A stretch of DNA of 64,000 bases from Spirochaetia bacterium (lineage in GTDB: Bacteria; Spirochaetota; Spirochaetia; SZUA-6; Bin103), in contig OZ241907.1 of the NCBI GenBank assembly GCA_965203515.1, positions 2,560,001 through 2,624,000 of the forward strand, in the 5' to 3' direction. Positions 21,861 to 32,000 of this stretch are shown here, piece by piece. The notes beneath the pieces were generated by a model, which was not told where the DNA came from, did not search any database, and worked only from the letters and a program-made list of their open reading frames with translations. Position 1 is the stretch's first letter. The number at the start of each line of letters is the position of its first letter. Both the position numbers and the translations under genes were made by a program.

Positions 21861-23825
21861 TCAATCGACAGACTCCCACTCATCAGGTATCAACTTATTC
21901 CCGTCTCTCCAACGCTCTACCACACATTCTTGAAACCACTGATCTTCGATGTTTGCATGATCCGTAATGATAACTTGAAATTGACCGTTAAGTTGCTGTA
22001 CACGATCGTAAGCAAACCGGTACATTTCCTTGACTCTGTCCCGATCTTCATCACGCGTCGAAGTCCCATCTTCTTGGCGCTGCCAATCGTCGTCTTCCGG
22101 AAAATAGACTTGAGACGGTTGGTCGATGAAGAGAAATCGAGGTACCGGTCGAGAGCGTTGAACAAACAACCGGTGAAGCGCGAAGTGCGCAATGAGATGA
22201 TAGATCACCCAATTCTCACCGCTTCCCATACGTTCCATGGGGATAGGGCCATCGTCTCCGTCCGCGACAACGGTTAACCGACGAATATCCAGACGAACAG
22301 GAAACTTATTGTGTTCAAGATGAAGCTCCGACGCCCAACGACTCATGTCCTGGGAAAGGATCGAAAGTGCGGATTGAACTCGCTCCTGTATCTCAGCATC
22401 GCTCAATTCCCCTTCTATGCGACCAATTTCGCTCTGTAGACGGACAATATTTCGATGCAAATCACTAGTGTCAGAAATTTCGGGGATGCTACTGACGTAT
22501 AAGCTAATTCGGCCCAGAAGATAGGCGCGTCGAACGCTGCGTTCCCTATATTCCTGAACCCTCTCGTTCTGTCTCTGAATCGCCTCTAGTTGCTCTCTGT
22601 TGGACCTTAGACGCGTTTTGATGTTGTCGCGCCTTTCCTCCAGCGTCGTCACTAGGCGGTCCATCTCCGGAGAACGATCTTCGATATGGCGAATCCGGCC
22701 GTCTAGTTGTTCAAGTGATTCTTGAATATCGCGTATAGAAGGAGAAACATCACTATCGGGCAATGATGTCTGACATAGCGGACATTTAGTCGTGTCGTGG
22801 GTATCGCCGCCATGAGCGGCAAACAGATGAATGCTCTTGAGACGAACACTCTGGGCGATGGCCTCGCGAGAAAATCCATCCCGGGCCGCGGCTAGTGACT
22901 GCGCCGCATCTAGTTGAGCTCGTACAACCCGAAGCTCGTGCGACATCTCATCACGTTCGGTCTGCAATCGGCGAAATTCGTCTCCTTCCACCGCCAGTTC
23001 GTCCTCGTCGGAAACGGGGACAGCCGTGCTCAAGCCGCGAAGTGCATCAAGAGTTCCTTCCCAAGTTTCAGGTACTGTTTGGCTGGTGCGCAGACCGAGA
23101 TCGGTTGCCTCCGCAAGAAGTGTCTGGGCAACGCTGGAATCTCGTCCGGCCAATGCTTGAAATTCTTGTTCTTTTCTCTGCAGCTTTCCAAGCTCTCGTC
23201 GGATCTGTCTTAACTCTACCATTCGAGCTATGTAATCGTCAGTTACCGCACCGAGAAAGTACGGCATCGTATCCCTTATCGCTTGCGGAAGGAATTGCTC
23301 GCTTTGGCGATGAAAGAGTTGCCGATTGCTGCCGACTTCAGTTTGGTGTTGGAAGCAGTAGACAAGCGCATGGTCGAGCCCGGCCTTCAGTGACGGTCGT
23401 GTCTGAACAGGTGGATCGTGGCGGTTCTCTCGGATACCAGCATGGGCTGCAAGGATTTTTTGTAGAGTCGTGGGATTGGTTGTTTGCGTAAGTCGATGCA
23501 ACTCCGGTAACGCGATCTCGTTCGCGACGGCGTAGAATACATCGGCCGACGACACCCGCGGTGGGTCGGGAACGCGCCGAGCGATGAACGATTCGCCGTT
23601 ACGGATCGATAGCCTTACACCGACCCAGGCGACTGCTCGGCGAATGATGCCTTCAGGGATTTTGCACTCGGTGGAACCAAAGCAATACTCAAGAACGGCA
23701 ATCAGTGCCGTCTTTCCGGTCTTGGACGCGCCGGTAATAATGTTTAGACGGCCGGTTGCGAACTCTAACCTGCGCATAGTGCCATTATGGCCGTAGAATA
23801 CTATTTCTTTGATCTGATAACTCAT
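21861..23825 (-). CDS. lmuB: Lamassu LmuB / ABC-3C SMC-like ATPase (DUF3732-like)
   Basis: [13 protein letters not shown], coiled coils with central CPLC hook, MGSGEN signature, [23 protein letters not shown] overlap with the upstream gene. Confidence 0.85.
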   Translation of the reverse strand: MSYQIKEIVFYGHNGTMRRLEFATGRLNIITGASKTGKTALIAVLEYCFGSTECKIPEGIIRRAVAWVGVRLSIRNGESFIARRVPDPPRVSSADVFYAVANEIALPELHRLTQTTNPTTLQKILAAHAGIRENRHDPPVQTRPSLKAGLDHALVYCFQHQTEVGSNRQLFHRQSEQFLPQAIRDTMPYFLGAVTDDYIARMVELRQIRRELGKLQRKEQEFQALAGRDSSVAQTLLAEATDLGLRTSQTVPETWEGTLDALRGLSTAVPVSDEDELAVEGDEFRRLQTERDEMSHELRVVRAQLDAAQSLAAARDGFSREAIAQSVRLKSIHLFAAHGGDTHDTTKCPLCQTSLPDSDVSPSIRDIQESLEQLDGRIRHIEDRSPEMDRLVTTLEERRDNIKTRLRSNREQLEAIQRQNERVQEYRERSVRRAYLLGRISLYVSSIPEISDTSDLHRNIVRLQSEIGRIEGELSDAEIQERVQSALSILSQDMSRWASELHLEHNKFPVRLDIRRLTVVADGDDGPIPMERMGSGENWVIYHLIAHFALHRLFVQRSRPVPRFLFIDQPSQVYFPEDDDWQRQEDGTSTRDEDRDRVKEMYRFAYDRVQQLNGQFQVIITDHANIEDQWFQECVVERWRDGNKLIPDEWESVD

Positions 23826-24319
23826 GGACAAATCCCCCATAGAGACATAGTGGTCTCGGTAGATGCGGCTTTCCCAAGCCACTTCCCCAGGAATCTCGCA
23901 CGGGACATGCAGTCACGTGCCTCTCCATCTAGCAACCGGTTGCCTCGGCGTAACAAGGAATCGGAAGCAACACGCCTGATCCCGCCCGGGCGGTCAACCG
24001 TTATCCAGCCAATCCCCAGTCCATAGCGTATGGCCTCTCTGGTATGTGGCTGCAGCGCCATGAGTCGTTCGTGGAAACCGAGCCTAGCCTCTGTGTGGTT
24101 TTGAAGCCAAGCAGGGATTGATGTACGTGTCGTCCTAGGTAGCAATTCTCGTGTACGCTTGTGCAGCGTGAGCGGAAGAACCATGAAGCTGAGTGCAAAC
24201 GGCAACGGCTGGTCGGTTGAATCCGAGTAGCCCGCACACGCCTCGATGACGATCATACAGCAGAACGCGGGGTTCAACAGGTATGCCTCTTCAGGACTGC
24301 GCTCACGCCACGGTCTCAT
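23822..24319 (-). CDS. lmuC: Lamassu LmuC / ABC-3C middle component
   Basis: [11 protein letters not shown]...[23 protein letters not shown]...ARFLGKWL; small gene between effector and SMC ATPase. Confidence 0.8.
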   Translation of the reverse strand: MRPWRERSPEEAYLLNPAFCCMIVIEACAGYSDSTDQPLPFALSFMVLPLTLHKRTRELLPRTTRTSIPAWLQNHTEARLGFHERLMALQPHTREAIRYGLGIGWITVDRPGGIRRVASDSLLRRGNRLLDGEARDCMSRARFLGKWLGKAASTETTMSLWGICP

Positions 24320-25518
24320 TGAGATACCTCGGCAGACGGAACATTCTGAAGGAGTGTACGGAACTCAGGATGCCATCCGACGCGCAGGAGGTCAGACATT
24401 ATCTGATAGGTGCCGCGTGCGATAGACGGCTCGGTGACGGCTGTTCGAATTTGATGATGCGTCCCAGTTTCTATCCACTTGTAGAGATCCTTGCCTGCTC
24501 TAATTATCGCTTGATCGGCCGCATCGTCACCAAGTTCGTCCTTCATCTGTTGAAACCGTATGTCCCACTCTTCGTTCAACCGTGTATCGTAGCGGTCAAG
24601 TTCACCTGCATATAAAAGCTGCTCCCGTACCCACAGCGAGCGTTGCTCAGATGCGCGATAATAATTAGTGATGGCGTGGAGTCGTCGACGAACGTTCACG
24701 TCAATAAGATTGAGTTGTTTTACGAAGGTCCTTTTGTCGTATTCGCTTGTGCCTACTGCCTTAGACATGATGTCATCGACCACCGGAAGATTGTCTTGTC
24801 TGAGCTGATCGCGAATTCGGCGGCATTCTGCTTCAAGTTCGTCACCGGATATCGGTGTAGCGACAGCTTCTTGGAGATGCGCCACGACGCGTCGATACCA
24901 CCAACTCTCTAGAAGACGAACAAAGAAACCGAGATGCCTACGCTCGGCAGCAAAATATACAGCCGTCTTCAGGTCTTCGTCTAGCTGCCCGATCGGTGGC
25001 GAGTTGTCGAGGACGGTAATACTATTCACAAGACGCTCACGCATCTTAGCCGGCAGTGACTTGAACGAGTGATATGCAGGAAGATTGGTCTGGTTACTAG
25101 AGACAGTGGCAGCGGAGTGGAGACGCTCCAAAGCGGTCTTCGGGTCTCGATTTCCCGGTCGGAGATATGCGGCCGCAGTACCGGTAGCGCACTGGGTTGT
25201 CGTGATTAGGAAGAACCGTGCATCAATATCGATACGCTCTTCGCAGATTTCATCGATCCATATTCGCAATGTCTTCCACAGGTCAACGGATGAGTCGGAG
25301 AGGTTTCCGGGAGACTTGGTATGATGTTTGGTCTGAAGAAGTTCTATCGGTTTTCCTTCCGGTGCGAATACTACATCGTCGAGTGTTTCGATAGCTATGC
25401 TGATACGATTCTCGCTTGGTAAGCGACGCAATGCCTCAAGAAGAGCGTACCGACACTGGTAGAAATAGCCTAATAGCGCCGGGGCGGAGGAATGGGTGTT
25501 ACGGGTGCCGGTTATCAT
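24316..25518 (-). CDS. lmuA: Lamassu LmuA effector: Cap4-like PD-(D/E)XK nuclease plus ABC-3C C-terminal domain
   Basis: HSSAPALLGYFYQ...IETLDDVVF...LLQTKHH...SDSSVDLWKTLRIW, C-terminal RGTYQIMSD..RVGWHP. Confidence 0.8.
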   Translation of the reverse strand: MITGTRNTHSSAPALLGYFYQCRYALLEALRRLPSENRISIAIETLDDVVFAPEGKPIELLQTKHHTKSPGNLSDSSVDLWKTLRIWIDEICEERIDIDARFFLITTTQCATGTAAAYLRPGNRDPKTALERLHSAATVSSNQTNLPAYHSFKSLPAKMRERLVNSITVLDNSPPIGQLDEDLKTAVYFAAERRHLGFFVRLLESWWYRRVVAHLQEAVATPISGDELEAECRRIRDQLRQDNLPVVDDIMSKAVGTSEYDKRTFVKQLNLIDVNVRRRLHAITNYYRASEQRSLWVREQLLYAGELDRYDTRLNEEWDIRFQQMKDELGDDAADQAIIRAGKDLYKWIETGTHHQIRTAVTEPSIARGTYQIMSDLLRVGWHPEFRTLLQNVPSAEVSQ

Positions 25519-25531
25519 GTGACAGGTGGCG

Positions 25532-25873
25532 TCACGACGACGAGATCATCTCTGCTTGCGCTATAAATTCTTCGTCCGCGCGGCATTGCACCAGCCGGTC
25601 GCCTATATCGGCCAGTTGATCGGCTTCCGTGACGTTGGCCAACAGAGCCGCCAAACGCTCGCTCGCCTCAGCACCGAACCGCAACGCTGCCATACGGCAG
25701 AGCAGCGCCCGTTCGTGTTCGAGACCCTGCTCGCGGCCCCGCTCAAGCCCCTGCTCGAGACCCTGCTCAAGCCCCTGCTCAAGACCCTGCTTGCGGCCTT
25801 GCTCAAGCCCTTGCTCGCGACCTTCCCGCATCCACTGCGCAGGCCACTCCCTCAAACGTTCTTTCAGCGTCAT
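25532..25873 (-). CDS. Putative in-frame small Rpn (Rpn_S) from an internal start in copy 1
   Basis: GGAGGAGGT-acgg-ATG at 25873 (MTLKERLREW...), in frame with the full-length gene. Confidence 0.6.
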   Translation of the reverse strand: MTLKERLREWPAQWMREGREQGLEQGRKQGLEQGLEQGLEQGLERGREQGLEHERALLCRMAALRFGAEASERLAALLANVTEADQLADIGDRLVQCRADEEFIAQAEMISSS

Positions 25874-26608
25874 CCGTACCTCCTCCAGACTGTCCATCGC
25901 CGGCAGCTTCTCACCAGCCGGCATGACCTGCCCGATCGAACTCCGTAGCCAGTCGACGAACACCCGGCGCAACTCGACGTTCTCCGACCCCGCCAGCCGC
26001 TCCGGCAGCGCGTCCGCCACCCGTACCAAGTCCGCCGGCGTGCGACTCTGCTCCAACCCGATCACCGCCCGCATCAGATTGCCGCTCGGCACCGCGTCCG
26101 CCGCTACGTGCTGCTCCTCGATCACCAGGTACCGCTGCGACGGTTGGTACGGCGCCAGCCCCTCCGCCACCGGCGCGATCAGTTCGCCGATCTCCTGCGG
26201 CGCACGCCACCGCGGCGTGCCGTTGTAGAGCACCACGGGCAGCACCGCCGGCAGCGCCGCGCGCGCCTCCGGCGCCTTGTTGCGCACCAGTTCCTGGTAC
26301 AGCAGGCTGGTGTAGCTCAGGATGCGCAGCGCCATGTACCGATCGTCGCGCGACTGGAACTCCAGGAGCAACAGCAGGCAGGCCCAGCCGCCGGGCACGC
26401 GCAGCCGCCATACGGTGTCGCCGCGGCGTGTGAGCAGTTCGTCGCTGACGTAATCCGACGACAGCTTCCGCAGCGTCGAGACGTCGATGGCGCCGAGCAG
26501 GTCGCGGCCCACGAAGGCGCGTAACAGGTCCTCGACCATGCGCGGGAAGGCGAACAGCTTCTTGTACTGCTCGTCGTACCGGGGGCGCTCCTCGCGTGCG
26601 GATGCCAT
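25532..26608 (-). CDS. Rpn family (YhgA-like / Transposase_31) PD-(D/E)XK nuclease, copy 1
   Basis: YDEQYKKLF, RRGDTVWR, LLLEFQS, MALRILSY, LPAVLPVVLYNG, C-terminal EQGL repeats. Confidence 0.9.
   Translation of the reverse strand: MASAREERPRYDEQYKKLFAFPRMVEDLLRAFVGRDLLGAIDVSTLRKLSSDYVSDELLTRRGDTVWRLRVPGGWACLLLLLEFQSRDDRYMALRILSYTSLLYQELVRNKAPEARAALPAVLPVVLYNGTPRWRAPQEIGELIAPVAEGLAPYQPSQRYLVIEEQHVAADAVPSGNLMRAVIGLEQSRTPADLVRVADALPERLAGSENVELRRVFVDWLRSSIGQVMPAGEKLPAMDSLEEVRMTLKERLREWPAQWMREGREQGLEQGRKQGLEQGLEQGLEQGLERGREQGLEHERALLCRMAALRFGAEASERLAALLANVTEADQLADIGDRLVQCRADEEFIAQAEMISSS
25721..25826 (-). repeat. Degenerate 12-bp tandem repeat encoding (E/K)(Q/R)G(L/R)
   Basis: REGREQGLEQGRKQGLEQGLEQGLEQGLERGREQGLE. 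Confidence 0.9.
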
Positions 26609-26681
26609 CTTCGGCATCGTAGCATATTGGACCAGCGACCGTGCCGGCGGGCTGGCTGGAGCGCTGGCCAATGGGCATCGG

Positions 26682-27887
26682 TCAGTGCGTGGTGTCGGTC
26701 TCGAACAGGTCGAGGCGAGGCTGGGATGATCGGTCCGGGTCAGGACACAACTGATCGATCCGCAGCAGTTCGCCGGCGGTGAAGAGGTGGTCGTGGAGCG
26801 ACGAGCGGCCCGCTTTGTCCAGGGGGCCGACTCTGGTTTCGGCATGCTCGGAGAGCACGGCGAGGATCGAGGTGTCGGGGATGGTGTGGTTATCGAGCAG
26901 GTCGGCGCTGTGGCTGCTGACGATTACCTGCGCCGCCTGGCTGGCCTCGGTCAGGCTGTCGATGAGCACGCCGGCGGCGGCCGGGTGCAGGGCGCTCTCC
27001 GGCTCTTCGATGCCGATCAGGGTTGCCCGCCCGTCGCCGCCAGTGCCCTGGAACAGCGCGACGAGGACCCCGAGCGCGCGCAGCGTGCCGTCGGACATGT
27101 TGCTGGCCAGGAACCGCCACGGATGCTTCGCTCCGCGCACCTCTTGACGAAAGTCGAGGGTGCTTTTCGTCCCCATCATGCGAGGCTCAACGCCCGTGAC
27201 GCCGGGCGTGATAGCGGCCAGATACTCCTCGACCGCCGTCTTGCCTCGGCCTCCGAGGTTGTCAAGGACGCTCGCCAGGTTGCTTCCATCCCGCTTCAGC
27301 AGATCTCCGGGGTCCGGCGCCTGGAGATCGCGGATCGCTTCGGGGTTCAGATTGTAGAACCCCATCCCGGACAATGCGTCGTAGACTGGGCGGAACGTGG
27401 TGAATCCCGACATGGCGACCAGATAGAGGCGATCGCTCGCGCACGCCGGTGGATTGGGAATCGTGCTGGCCACCACTTCGCCGCCTGCGACCTTGTAGGA
27501 GCCGCGGCCGGATGCGCCGGCGATAACGCATTCCTCCTCTTGTACGCTGTAGCCTCCGCGAGGTTGTGCGCCCACCCGGAACGCGTACCAGCCTTCGGCG
27601 CGGGGAAGCCGCAGATCGAGCCGTATGCCGAAGTGGTTCGGGTGGCCGCCGGAACGTCTGCGCACTTCCTGAATGCCGCCGCGGTCGCGCAGCGCGTGAT
27701 CCAGCGAGAAGCGCAACGCCTCGGCCACGAAGCGCAGCGCATCCAGAAAGTTGCTCTTGCCGCTCCCGTTCGGGCCGACCAGAAACGAAAGCGGCGCCGG
27801 CCGCACGTCGCACGCGGCAATGCTCTTGTAGTTCCGCAGGCGGATACGGGTCACCAGCCGGGAGTCGGTGTCTTCAGCGTGGCTCAC
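26682..27887 (-). CDS. AAA_21 / COG4637-type ABC ATPase
   Basis: IRLRNYKSI, LVGPNGSGKSN, MSDGTLR, IGIEEPESALHP, IVSSHS. Confidence 0.88.
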   Translation of the reverse strand: MSHAEDTDSRLVTRIRLRNYKSIAACDVRPAPLSFLVGPNGSGKSNFLDALRFVAEALRFSLDHALRDRGGIQEVRRRSGGHPNHFGIRLDLRLPRAEGWYAFRVGAQPRGGYSVQEEECVIAGASGRGSYKVAGGEVVASTIPNPPACASDRLYLVAMSGFTTFRPVYDALSGMGFYNLNPEAIRDLQAPDPGDLLKRDGSNLASVLDNLGGRGKTAVEEYLAAITPGVTGVEPRMMGTKSTLDFRQEVRGAKHPWRFLASNMSDGTLRALGVLVALFQGTGGDGRATLIGIEEPESALHPAAAGVLIDSLTEASQAAQVIVSSHSADLLDNHTIPDTSILAVLSEHAETRVGPLDKAGRSSLHDHLFTAGELLRIDQLCPDPDRSSQPRLDLFETDTTH

Positions 27888-27998
27888 GGGCTGTCTCCTT
27901 CTGAGCGGCGGATCTGAACGATCCGATCAGATCGTCGAGAGGCGCGCGGAGCGCGGATAAATCGGCGCGCTTCCAATTTGGTGGCGTGGCGAACTGAG

Positions 27999-28322
27999 TC
28001 AGCTCTCCCGATCTGACGCGTGGGTCTGTCGGCGGAGCAACTCGAACGCCTCCTGGTCGAAGCCTGTAGCCTGCGTGATGACCGGCCACGCGACGCCGGC
28101 GCGCAGAAAGCTCTCGATCGTGGCTACTTGGCCCTTCAGCTCGCCTTCCTGCCGGCCTTCCTGCCGGCCTTCCTGCCGGCCCTCCTGCCGGCCTTTCAGC
28201 ACGCCTTCCTGGATGCCTTCCTGCCGGCCTTCCTGCCGGCCTTCCTGCCGGCCTTTCAGCACGCCTTCCTGGATGCCTTCCAGACGGCCTTCCTGGATCA
28301 GCTGCTCCCCATACGTATTCAT
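27999..28322 (-). CDS. Putative in-frame small Rpn (Rpn_S) from an internal start in copy 2
   Basis: AGGAGG-agat-ATG at 28322 (MNTYGEQLIQEG...), in frame. Confidence 0.65.
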   Translation of the reverse strand: MNTYGEQLIQEGRLEGIQEGVLKGRQEGRQEGRQEGIQEGVLKGRQEGRQEGRQEGRQEGELKGQVATIESFLRAGVAWPVITQATGFDQEAFELLRRQTHASDRES

Positions 28323-29090
28323 ATCTCCTCCTGGTCCCCGTACTTCCCGCCGCAGCGCCGCGCCGAACTCCCGCAACGTCTCCTCATCCTGCGTGCGGAG
28401 CACGTACAACACCACCACCGCGAACCGTTCGCTCTGTCCCGCCCGGTCCAACTCTCCCATGAGCTGCACCGCCGTCTCCAGCGCTTCCCGCATCTCGCGG
28501 TGCGCCGCCGCCATCAGCGCAAGCTGCGCCAACCGGCCCAACGGTTCGCCCCGTACCGCTCCTACGCCCGTCTGCGACTGGTCCACCAGCAGGTGCGTGA
28601 ACTGGGGCGTCCAGGGCCACTCCCTGACCGGTTTCGCAAACAAGTCGCTGAACTGGGTCGCATGGCGCCAGCGGGACTCACCCTGATAGAACACCAGCGG
28701 CACGATCGGCGGCAAGTCCGGTGTCTCCTCCGCTTCGTCAGAGCGCAAGAAATCATCCCAGATGCGGCAGCAGTACTTCAGCAGCCGGAATCGCATCCAC
28801 CGATCCGGCCGCGATTGGTGCTCGAACAGCAGATAGAGCCGCAGCGAACGCGGCTCGTCACCCGGCTCCGCGACGCCTGGGCGCTGCTCGACCGCGTACA
28901 GCAGGTCGGACTCGCTGGCCCGCAGGTCGTCGTCCACGTAGCTGTCGTTCATCAGCGTCAGGCTGGACCAGTTCAGCGTATCGGCGAGCCACGACGGCAC
29001 ATGGGCGCGCAGCAAGCCAGCCGCTTCGGCCGGCTCGGAGAACACCTTGCGAAACAGACGGTCATGCGGCTGGTGCAGGTCGCGCGTCAT
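27999..29090 (-). CDS. Rpn family (YhgA-like / Transposase_31) nuclease, copy 2
   Basis: QPHDRLFRKVF, SYVDDDLRASESDLLY, YLLFEHQS, MRFRLLKY, LPPIVPLVFYQG, C-terminal QEGR repeats. ATG overlaps the Res stop. Confidence 0.92.
   Translation of the reverse strand: MTRDLHQPHDRLFRKVFSEPAEAAGLLRAHVPSWLADTLNWSSLTLMNDSYVDDDLRASESDLLYAVEQRPGVAEPGDEPRSLRLYLLFEHQSRPDRWMRFRLLKYCCRIWDDFLRSDEAEETPDLPPIVPLVFYQGESRWRHATQFSDLFAKPVREWPWTPQFTHLLVDQSQTGVGAVRGEPLGRLAQLALMAAAHREMREALETAVQLMGELDRAGQSERFAVVVLYVLRTQDEETLREFGAALRREVRGPGGDMNTYGEQLIQEGRLEGIQEGVLKGRQEGRQEGRQEGIQEGVLKGRQEGRQEGRQEGRQEGELKGQVATIESFLRAGVAWPVITQATGFDQEAFELLRRQTHASDRES
28132..28297 (-). repeat. 12-bp tandem repeat (QEGR) with a 60-bp higher-order period
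   Basis: ccttcctgccgg units; the block gcctttcagcacgccttcctggatgccttcc occurs at 28191 and 28251. Confidence 0.92.
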
Positions 29091-32000
29091 GCGTGGTGCC
29101 GTACAGGCGGCTGGCTGATTGCGGCGTCGAAGTCTTCCTGCAGGGTGTAGACGTCGGTGAGCTCGGCGAAGGACCAGCGGCCGCAGGAACGCAGTCCGTT
29201 CACTCCCGGCACCCAGCAGGTCTCCATGGTCTCCTTCTTTTCCTTGGCGTCCTCGCGCCGGTAGCCTTTGATCTCGACCACCAGGTGGAGCGGGTCGTCA
29301 TCGCCGCGGCCGTCGTCGACCAGCACGATGAAGTCGGGGAGGTAGGTGCGCGCCTCGGCGCCGCAGCGATAGGGCACTTCCAGTCCCAGGCCGTGGTTCT
29401 TGACGTAGGCGCGGACCCGCGGGTGCGATTCGACGAAGCGGCAGAACTCCGCCTCCCAGTCGCTGTCGCACACCACCCAGTTCACGTGGCAGCGGCGCGG
29501 ATCGGTCTGCCAGCGGGTCTGCCTGGAGGTGGTGAAGTTGACGTGGATCGTCGAACCGGCCGGGTTGTAGGGGTCGAGCACGGCCGTGACGGGGCGCTCG
29601 CCGACGTGGCGCGCCACGATGCCGCGCGTGATGCGCTGGCAGGCGCGTTCCGCCAGTTCCCGGTAGATCAACTGGGCGGGAAAGGTGCCGCCCTTGCAGA
29701 TCAGGTGATCGGTCAGCCACTGCCGCGTGATGCGCTTGAGCTGGCCGAACAGATGCAGCTTCGGCTCCTCGCCGGGATCGCGCCAATGTTGTTCCAGCAG
29801 CGTCTTGGTGAGGTGGTAGGTCACCGTCGAGGGGCGCATCGCCTTGAGATGGTCAAGGCTGAGATCGACCCCCTCGCCGATGATCCCCTCGTTGCGGGTG
29901 ATGGACGGTCCCACCAGCTCCGGCGTGAGCACCAGCGTCGAGTCTTCGGTGAACGCCGCGGCGACGTGCTCCTCCGGCAGTTCCACGCGGTAGCCCCGCA
30001 CGTGCGGGAAGCGGAGCTCGCAGCCGTCCCGGTCCGGCGTGACCGCCTTGACGGTTACGGTGGCGCGCGCCCTCTGCGGTCTGGCGACCACCGGTTCGGC
30101 GGTGAAGTCGAACGGGATGCCGAGCACGTCGGCGTACTCGACGTCGAACCGCCCCTCCTCGTTCAGTTCATAGGACTGCCGGCGCAGAGCGCGGCCCACG
30201 ACCTGCTCGCACAGAAGCTGGGTGCCGAACGCGCGCACGCCGAGGACGTGGGTGACGGTGCGCGCGTCCCAACCCTCGGTGAGCATGGCGACCGATACCA
30301 CGCAGCGGGTCTCGCCCCCCAGCCGGCCGGCCATGCCGACCGTGTTCATCACCTCGCGCAGCAGGTCCTGGTCGGAGAGCGCCTCCGCCTGGCGGCGGTC
30401 GCCGGTGCGCTCGACGATCTCGCGCCGGAAGCGCGCGATCTCGTCGCCCGCGGCGGCCCGGAAGTCGGCGCCGAGCGCCTCCCCGGAGTCGAGCTGCTCG
30501 CTGTCGATCAGCAGGGTGCGCGGCCGGGCGAGCTGATTGCCATACTCGTCGAAGTTGCGAAACAGCGCCAGGCGCCCGTTCTCCAGCGTGGTGGAGCCGT
30601 CCTCGTTGCGGCGCTCGAAGCCGGCGATGTAGTCGTACACCAGCTTCGAGGTCGCGGTGTTGTTGCAGACCACGATGAAGCAGGGCGGCGCCTCGATGCC
30701 CGCCTCCCGCCACTGCTCGAAGGTCGCGGCGTAGTGGCCGTAGAGCGCTTCGAGCGCGGTCTGCAGCTCCACCGGGATGTTCAAGGGATCGAGGCCGCCC
30801 GCCTTGCCGCGGCCCTTGCGCGGCATGCGCCGGCCGACGTGCGCCCACAGGTTGCGGAACTTGGGCACGTCGGCGCCGGGGATGTTGTCGGCCACCGGCA
30901 CGCGCGGCAGCTTGACGATCCCGCACTCGATCGCGTCCATCAGCGAGAAGTCGCTCATCGTCCACGGGAACAGCGTCCCCTCGGCATAGCCGGAACCGCG
31001 CAGGAAGAAGGGCGTGGCCGACAGGTCGATGACGCGGCTCAGGCCGAGCTTGCGCTGCACCGCCTCCAGGCCGGATATCCAGACCCGCGCCGCTTCCTGG
31101 TTCTTCTCCGCCTCCTTGCGGTCTTCCCCCTTGAGGTCGCCTTCCTCGCTCTCCTCCCGGGGGCGCTCGCGGTAGCAGTGGTGCGCCTCGTCGTTGAACG
31201 CCAGCACCCGCTTCATGCCCATGAGGTCGGGCATGACCCGCTGCAGCATCTGCCCCTCGGTCTCCTGCGTGCGCAGCTCCGGGCCGCGGCCCTGCAGCAG
31301 GGCGCGCCCGCCGCGCGAGAGCTCCTGCGTCTCGCGGCGCATGAAGGCGTGGTAGTTGGTGATGACGATCTTGGCCCGGTGCAGGTCGCCGAGCAGATCG
31401 CGCGGCACCAGCTCGCGGCTGCGGTAGTAGCTGTCCGGGTCGTTGGGCTGCAGCACGCGCAGCCGGTCGCGGATGGTCAGCCCCGGCGTGACCACGAGAA
31501 AGCCGCGCGTGAACCGGCGGCTGCCGGGATGGCGCACCGCGTTGATCGTCTGCCAGGCGATCAGCATGGCCATGACGGTGGTCTTGCCGGCGCCGGTGGC
31601 GAGCTTGAGCGCCAGCCGGGCGAGGGCCGGGTTGGCTTGCTCGTTCACCCTCTCCAGGTGGTCGAGGAACTGCCGCCCGCGCGCCCCGGCCGGCGCCGCC
31701 TCGGTCAGCCAGATCACCGTCTCGGCGGCTTCCACCTGACAGAAGAACGGCCGCAGGCCGCTGAACCGGTGATGCCGCCAGTGGTCCAGCAGGCGCGCGG
31801 TCTCCGGCGTGACCCGCCAGCGGGCGCGCGGCAGCCGCCGCCACTCGTCCACGGCGCGGCGCACGCTGTCGATGAGCGCCGACAGGTCGTATTGCTGGCC
31901 GTCGGCCTCCAACCCGGCCGCCGCGGTGTCGAACACGATCTCGCGCTGCCGGCCGCGCTGCTTGCGGACCGGCGGGATCGGCGTGATGAACGAGACGCGG

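Noticed and set aside
27874..28089. 71-aa ORF between Rpn2 and the ATPase as a displaced Res C-terminus or small gene
   Set aside because: It mostly overlaps Rpn2 out of frame, has no SD, and its similarity to Res ends is too weak to support.
28132..28297. Repeat arrays here and at 25721-25826 and 43740-43783 as possible CRISPR arrays
   Set aside because: Units are 11-12 bp, contiguous, have no unique spacers, and no cas genes are present; two of them are coding repeats of Rpn.
25532..29090. The two Rpn genes as a composite transposon around the ATPase
   Set aside because: The copies are highly divergent, I found no terminal inverted repeats or target duplications, and Rpn proteins are not demonstrated transposases.
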